This document shows positions 59,979 through 64,000 of a stretch of DNA of 64,000 nt, in pieces. The notes beneath the pieces were generated by a model. The model ran no database searches, had not been told where the DNA came from, and was given only the letters and a program-made list of their open reading frames with translations. This DNA comes from an uncultured Planctomycetales bacterium (GTDB taxonomy: Bacteria > Omnitrophota > Gorgyraeia > Zapsychrales > Fredricksoniimonadaceae), in assembly GCA_964520655.1 (NCBI GenBank), contig CAZFNI010000003.1, positions 70,220 to 134,219 of the forward strand, written 5' to 3'. The position numbers and the translations under genes were made by a program. Numbering within the stretch: position 1 is the first letter of the stretch; each line of letters begins with the position of its first letter.

Positions 59979-61916
59979 ATGATGGATATCAAGCTTATAA
60001 CAAGTATGGTAGATCAGTCTGCAGCAGGCATGGTTCCTGTTGTTGATTTGGGCGGTGGTAAGAAGGTATTTCTGAAAATTAACGATGCGGCTGTTATTAA
60101 GCTTGATGCGCAAAAGACGCTTTACCTTTTTGGCGAGGTTTTTTATTGGTTCTCCAATGGGAAAAAACGCCGACTCATCGGCGACATGACAGCGGGGATC
60201 AAGGCAATCTTTCTCGAGAACGCTCTGAAGGATATCATTTATAAACTCGAAGGTCAGTACGTTGCTTTCTTGGCAGATACGAAAACCAAACAGGTTAGGG
60301 TGTTTGGCGACCGCTATGCACGGGTCGATACGTTTTATGCCAATGATAAAGATAATTTTGTCTTTGCCAATAGCCTTGACAGTATTTTTGAACACGTACG
60401 TCCTGTATATGATCAGCGCATGTTGGCGCATTTTTTTGCGGTTTATGGATGGTATACCCCCAAGGGGTTTACGCTCTATAGCAATGTTGCAAAAAGCCGC
60501 GTTGGGGAAATTTTAACGTTAACAGCCAGAGGAATCACCAATGAGCAAGTTCCATTTAAACCTGCCGAGATTAAGGACTTGGGTGATGGTGCTTTAGAAG
60601 AGTATCATCAGGCTTTGCGTTTTTCCCTTGCGGCGCGTTGCGGCGATACGAAAGAAAAGGTATGGGTGTCGAGTTCTAGCGGTTGGGATTCATCGATTAT
60701 ACTAGGACTGTTGGTTGATATGTATGGTCCCAAACGCGTCGGAATGATGACGGGAAGTATGTTGTTCTCAGATGAAACCGGAGAGATTAATAAATTTGAA
60801 CTGGATAAGGTCAAGAAGATTGGCGCCTTTTATGGGATTAAACCGGATATTGTCGATCTGGATTATAAACGTAAAAGTGCTGTTTCTTATTGGAAGAAAG
60901 TTGCGCCTTGGTATAAAGCCAAACAAGTGTATTCATTGCCTGCATTTAATTTCGCGCGTATATCCGATGCGATCGCATCAAACGACGGAGTTGGGCGGCA
61001 GGTTTTTAATGGTGAAACGTCGGATTCTTTCCATAATTTCGGTTTCTCCCAGTTTTGTACGTTCTTCCATACGGTTAAATCGTTCACGGAGTATGGGGAT
61101 AAGATGAATTGTTACCTATATGGACCGACGTTCTTAAAGAAAGTGTTAAATGGCAGTTACCCAAAAGATAAGGTATACCAGATTTTTCGTAAAATGATGC
61201 CGGGTGTTGATTTTCAAGATGAATTCTTAAACCAGGAGGAAATGTTAAAGAGCTATTTTCTGCCGCTGTTTTATGGAGGTCCAAGGCTGCCTTTCGCTAA
61301 GACAATCAATAACCCGTTGTTTAATGCGAAAACGGTCAAGGTTGTCGGGGAAGTTCTTGGAACAGATGTGGCTCCAGGTTTATGGGCTTCATTGAATGAA
61401 AAGAATATTTATTCCTGGATCATCCATATTTATTTAAGCATGCATTCCCAAGGGTCGACGGTAAATTTACATAATCATGCCATGGAATTAAATGGTCATC
61501 GCTGGCGTTCTCCGTTCAATGATGCCCATTTAATTTCAATCTTGTCTCAGGCACCGGAATCTTGGGGAAGGGGCTTGGATTTTAACCATACCAAATATCC
61601 GTTAAAATGGGTTGCTCAGAACAAGGTCAAGTTCCCCTATGATGTTTTGCAGGAAGGGGCGCATTCCTATTTGTATGATGTTGTTGAAGGGTTCTCATTG
61701 CACGCGGAAATACTATACCGCTCGGGTTTTACGGAGTATTACCGGCAGATACTGGCCGATCGGAGTTATCGGCAATTATTCAATCCGTCATATTTTGATG
61801 TGAGCTATTTGGACCGGTTGGCAAGCGCTTATATTCAAGGTAAGGAAGTCAAAGGTGTTGACTTTACAAATACGGTGTCGTTGATCACGTTATGCAAAAC
61901 GGGTTGGTATTGTTAA
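59979..61916 (+). CDS. Asparagine synthase family amidotransferase-like protein (AsnB/WbpS-like) lacking N-terminal Cys2
   Basis: A PP-loop SSSGWDSS (the SGGxDSS equivalent) in a large C-terminal synthetase domain. The N-terminus is MMDIKL with no Cys nucleophile. Confidence 0.7.
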   Translation: MMDIKLITSMVDQSAAGMVPVVDLGGGKKVFLKINDAAVIKLDAQKTLYLFGEVFYWFSNGKKRRLIGDMTAGIKAIFLENALKDIIYKLEGQYVAFLADTKTKQVRVFGDRYARVDTFYANDKDNFVFANSLDSIFEHVRPVYDQRMLAHFFAVYGWYTPKGFTLYSNVAKSRVGEILTLTARGITNEQVPFKPAEIKDLGDGALEEYHQALRFSLAARCGDTKEKVWVSSSSGWDSSIILGLLVDMYGPKRVGMMTGSMLFSDETGEINKFELDKVKKIGAFYGIKPDIVDLDYKRKSAVSYWKKVAPWYKAKQVYSLPAFNFARISDAIASNDGVGRQVFNGETSDSFHNFGFSQFCTFFHTVKSFTEYGDKMNCYLYGPTFLKKVLNGSYPKDKVYQIFRKMMPGVDFQDEFLNQEEMLKSYFLPLFYGGPRLPFAKTINNPLFNAKTVKVVGEVLGTDVAPGLWASLNEKNIYSWIIHIYLSMHSQGSTVNLHNHAMELNGHRWRSPFNDAHLISILSQAPESWGRGLDFNHTKYPLKWVAQNKVKFPYDVLQEGAHSYLYDVVEGFSLHAEILYRSGFTEYYRQILADRSYRQLFNPSYFDVSYLDRLASAYIQGKEVKGVDFTNTVSLITLCKTGWYC

Positions 61917-61949
61917 AGTTGTGTTTTATTTAATCCACAAGGAGGGATT

Positions 61950-63488
61950 ATGTCATATAAAGGAAAAGTTGTCTTAATACGTCCGGAGAACGTATATAAC
62001 TATAACAATTATCCGCCGTTAGGTTTGATCACGGCGGGATCTGCACTAAAAGCCTGTGGATATGAAGTTGTCATTATCAATTGTTTTATGGAAGAAGATG
62101 CATTAAAAACAATTTCAGAGGCCATTGAAGGCGCTGTATTTGCCGGTATCAGCATTTGGACGTCCGAAATTCCTGATGCTTACCGAATTATTAAGCATAT
62201 CAAGTCAACCTCGTCTGTACCGGTCGTAGTGGCGGGATGGCACTGCACCCTTTTTCCAGAACAAACAGCCGCAGTAACGGAAATTGATTATTTGATCGCC
62301 GGCGAGGGGGAAGAACATATCGTCACGTTGGCTGATATGTTAGTCGCTGGTCAGAAACCGCCGCGGATATTCATTCGTAAAATGCTAGATATGGAAAAAT
62401 TACCTGCTCCGGATTATTCATTGGATCATAATATTGAACGGTTTATCACCAGCTATCTGACCGATAAATTGTCGGAATACGTCAGACAACCGATGCGCTG
62501 GCTTCCGTATGAATCAAGCCGTGGCTGTCCTTCTCAATGTACATTTTGTATTAATGTGGTTGCAGATAACATGCGCTACCGTAAGAAGAGTGCGGATAAA
62601 GTCGTTGATGAGCTCGAGGAATTAGTCAAAAAGCATCAGTTGACGCATCTGAAAATCATTGATGATAATTTTTTTGTGGATATCAAACGGACCCGGGCTA
62701 TTTGTGAAGGGATGATCAAAAAGGGATTAAACGTCACCTGGGATGGAGAGTGCCGATGTGATTACTTTAATGAACGCCATATGAATGACGAGACGCTGGT
62801 GTTATTGAAAAAATCCGGCCTGATCCAGTTGACGTTAGGGATCGAATCAGGTTCCACGCATACATTGAAATTGATGAAAAAAGGCATTAAGCCAGAGCAG
62901 GCAAAGTTTGCGGTCAAGCAATGCGATCGTTATGGCATCATTCCACGCTCTTCGTTTATCATCGAGATTCCGGGGGAATCCATCGAAGATATCAAGATGA
63001 CGATCGGCTTCATTAATGAAATGCGAAAATATAAGCTGTTTACCTGCGGGGTAAATACGTTTAGGCCATATCCTAAGTGTGAATTGACAGAAGGGCTGAT
63101 GAAACAAGGGGTGCTTAAGGAGCCCCAATCGTTCGTCGAATGGACAACGCGGTCGGTGATTGATTTGTATACGGCGGCGGAATATGTTCGCCCATGGCAG
63201 GTTGATCCGGCATTCTCCGAGAGCGCGTCGTATTATTTGAATATGGAGTCAGCCATCCGTTTAGGTAATCACTTGATCGATAATCCCATCGACCGTTTCA
63301 AGAATACCATGTTCATGACTATCGCTAAGGTGCGGAATCGTTTGATGTTCTATCATTTTCCTTTTGATAAGGAGATGTATAAGCGATTCTTTGTGAAATT
63401 CTATGAACAAAAGAAAGAGTTTGAAGCAAAGAATATTGTTCAGCCTCAAAGGAGCACGGAGAAGAAATATGCCCATATCGACGTCTAA
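61950..63488 (+). CDS. Cobalamin-binding radical SAM enzyme (class B rSAM), second copy
   Basis: aaggaggg RBS. A B12-binding-like N-terminal domain and the CxxxCxxC motif SRGCPSQCTFC. Confidence 0.8.
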   Translation: MSYKGKVVLIRPENVYNYNNYPPLGLITAGSALKACGYEVVIINCFMEEDALKTISEAIEGAVFAGISIWTSEIPDAYRIIKHIKSTSSVPVVVAGWHCTLFPEQTAAVTEIDYLIAGEGEEHIVTLADMLVAGQKPPRIFIRKMLDMEKLPAPDYSLDHNIERFITSYLTDKLSEYVRQPMRWLPYESSRGCPSQCTFCINVVADNMRYRKKSADKVVDELEELVKKHQLTHLKIIDDNFFVDIKRTRAICEGMIKKGLNVTWDGECRCDYFNERHMNDETLVLLKKSGLIQLTLGIESGSTHTLKLMKKGIKPEQAKFAVKQCDRYGIIPRSSFIIEIPGESIEDIKMTIGFINEMRKYKLFTCGVNTFRPYPKCELTEGLMKQGVLKEPQSFVEWTTRSVIDLYTAAEYVRPWQVDPAFSESASYYLNMESAIRLGNHLIDNPIDRFKNTMFMTIAKVRNRLMFYHFPFDKEMYKRFFVKFYEQKKEFEAKNIVQPQRSTEKKYAHIDV

Positions 63489-64000
63489 TAAGGCCGCAAA
63501 GATCATTGGTGTGATCACCGCCCGTATGGCATCAACACGTTTGCCGGGAAAAGTGTTGAAGCTCTTGGGCCCAAAATCGATCTTCGAGCATCATGTCGAG
63601 CGGATGAAAAACGTACAGGGTCTTGATGGTGTTTTCCTGGCCACATCCAATGATCCTCAAAACAAGGCCTTGATTGAAGAGGCCAAACGTTTGGGATGCG
63701 GGTGGTATGTCGGGGCAGAACAGGATATCGTCGATCGGCATATTGGCTTGTGCCAGCAGGAAGGTGCCGACGCATTTATCCGGGTGACCTGCGATTCACC
63801 GATATTCGATATTGAAAGCACGGCACAAGCGGTGGCGGAATACCGCCGGGATCCGCAGGATTATATTTATGTTTCTAATATGACAATGATCCAGGGGACG
63901 CTGACGGAACTTGTTTCATTGAAAGCCATGCGTGTTGTGCATGAACATTATCGGGGTGCAGCGATCACGGCGTACATTAAGGAAAATTTGTCTTTATTTA
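63469..64000 (+). CDS. Cytidylyltransferase (SpsF/NeuA-like CMP-sugar synthetase family), 3'-truncated by the window edge
   Basis: IIGVITARMASTRLPGKVL matches the N-terminus of the CTP_transf_3 family. It overlaps the rSAM gene by 20 nt. Confidence 0.6.
   Translation, partial: MPISTSNKAAKIIGVITARMASTRLPGKVLKLLGPKSIFEHHVERMKNVQGLDGVFLATSNDPQNKALIEEAKRLGCGWYVGAEQDIVDRHIGLCQQEGADAFIRVTCDSPIFDIESTAQAVAEYRRDPQDYIYVSNMTMIQGTLTELVSLKAMRVVHEHYRGAAITAYIKENLSLF

Overview
This 64 kb window is a gene-dense stretch of bacterial chromosome, almost entirely on the + strand, with many 1-4 nt start/stop overlaps (ATGA, TAATG) that indicate long operons. An LptD homolog, a TonB-dependent receptor, a heptose pathway and a GT9 heptosyltransferase point to a diderm (Gram-negative-type) organism of unidentified lineage. 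No tRNA, rRNA, CRISPR array, transposase, integrase or phage gene was recognised.

Content in order:
- 1-9455: the 3' part of a very large secreted protein, then a DUF1015 protein, accD, an orphan MalK-like ABC ATPase, and a translationally coupled trio of two GGDEF diguanylate cyclases (one with GAF) plus a HAMP/HisKA sensor that lacks an ATPase domain.
- 9456-9935: a roughly 480-nt non-coding region with two long inverted repeats.
- 9936-13035: a ROK kinase and lptD.
- 13070-36316: a roughly 23 kb nucleotide-sugar and glycan island. It holds a UDP-glucose dehydrogenase, a UDP-ManNAc-type dehydrogenase, a UDP-xylose synthase, a miniature two-subunit TPP enzyme, an Fcl/ColC-like protein, an SDR, two DegT-family enzymes (one with His replacing the PLP lysine, as in ColD/E1), the HddA/HddC/GmhB heptose module, a B12-radical-SAM enzyme, and GT4/GT2/GT9/GT28 transferases, methyltransferases and CorA.
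- 36313-38924: a PriA homolog with degenerate helicase motifs, then fmt.
- 39462-43313: a 1283-aa secreted protein of unknown family that is a paralog of the truncated ORF at 1-2733, so the two copies bracket the island.
- 43367-46529: a tandem pair of GalT-like HIT enzymes (one with Arg at the nucleophile His position) and gapA.
- 47592-50478: a BtuB-sized TonB receptor and metF, convergent.
- 50420-64000: a second glycan-modification cluster with three GT-C/PMT-like membrane proteins, a carbamoyltransferase, an ArnC-like GT2, a wHTH regulator with a palindromic operator, a class III aminotransferase, an aldo-keto reductase, an AsnB-like amidotransferase, a second B12-radical-SAM enzyme and a cytidylyltransferase.

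The most unusual items are the paralogous giant secreted proteins, the structured inverted-repeat region after the truncated sensor, the mini E1alpha/beta-like TPP enzyme pair, the predicted pseudo-enzymes (PriA, GalT paralog, Fcl-like Rossmann loop), and the B12-rSAM, carbamoyl and amide sugar-tailoring cluster.
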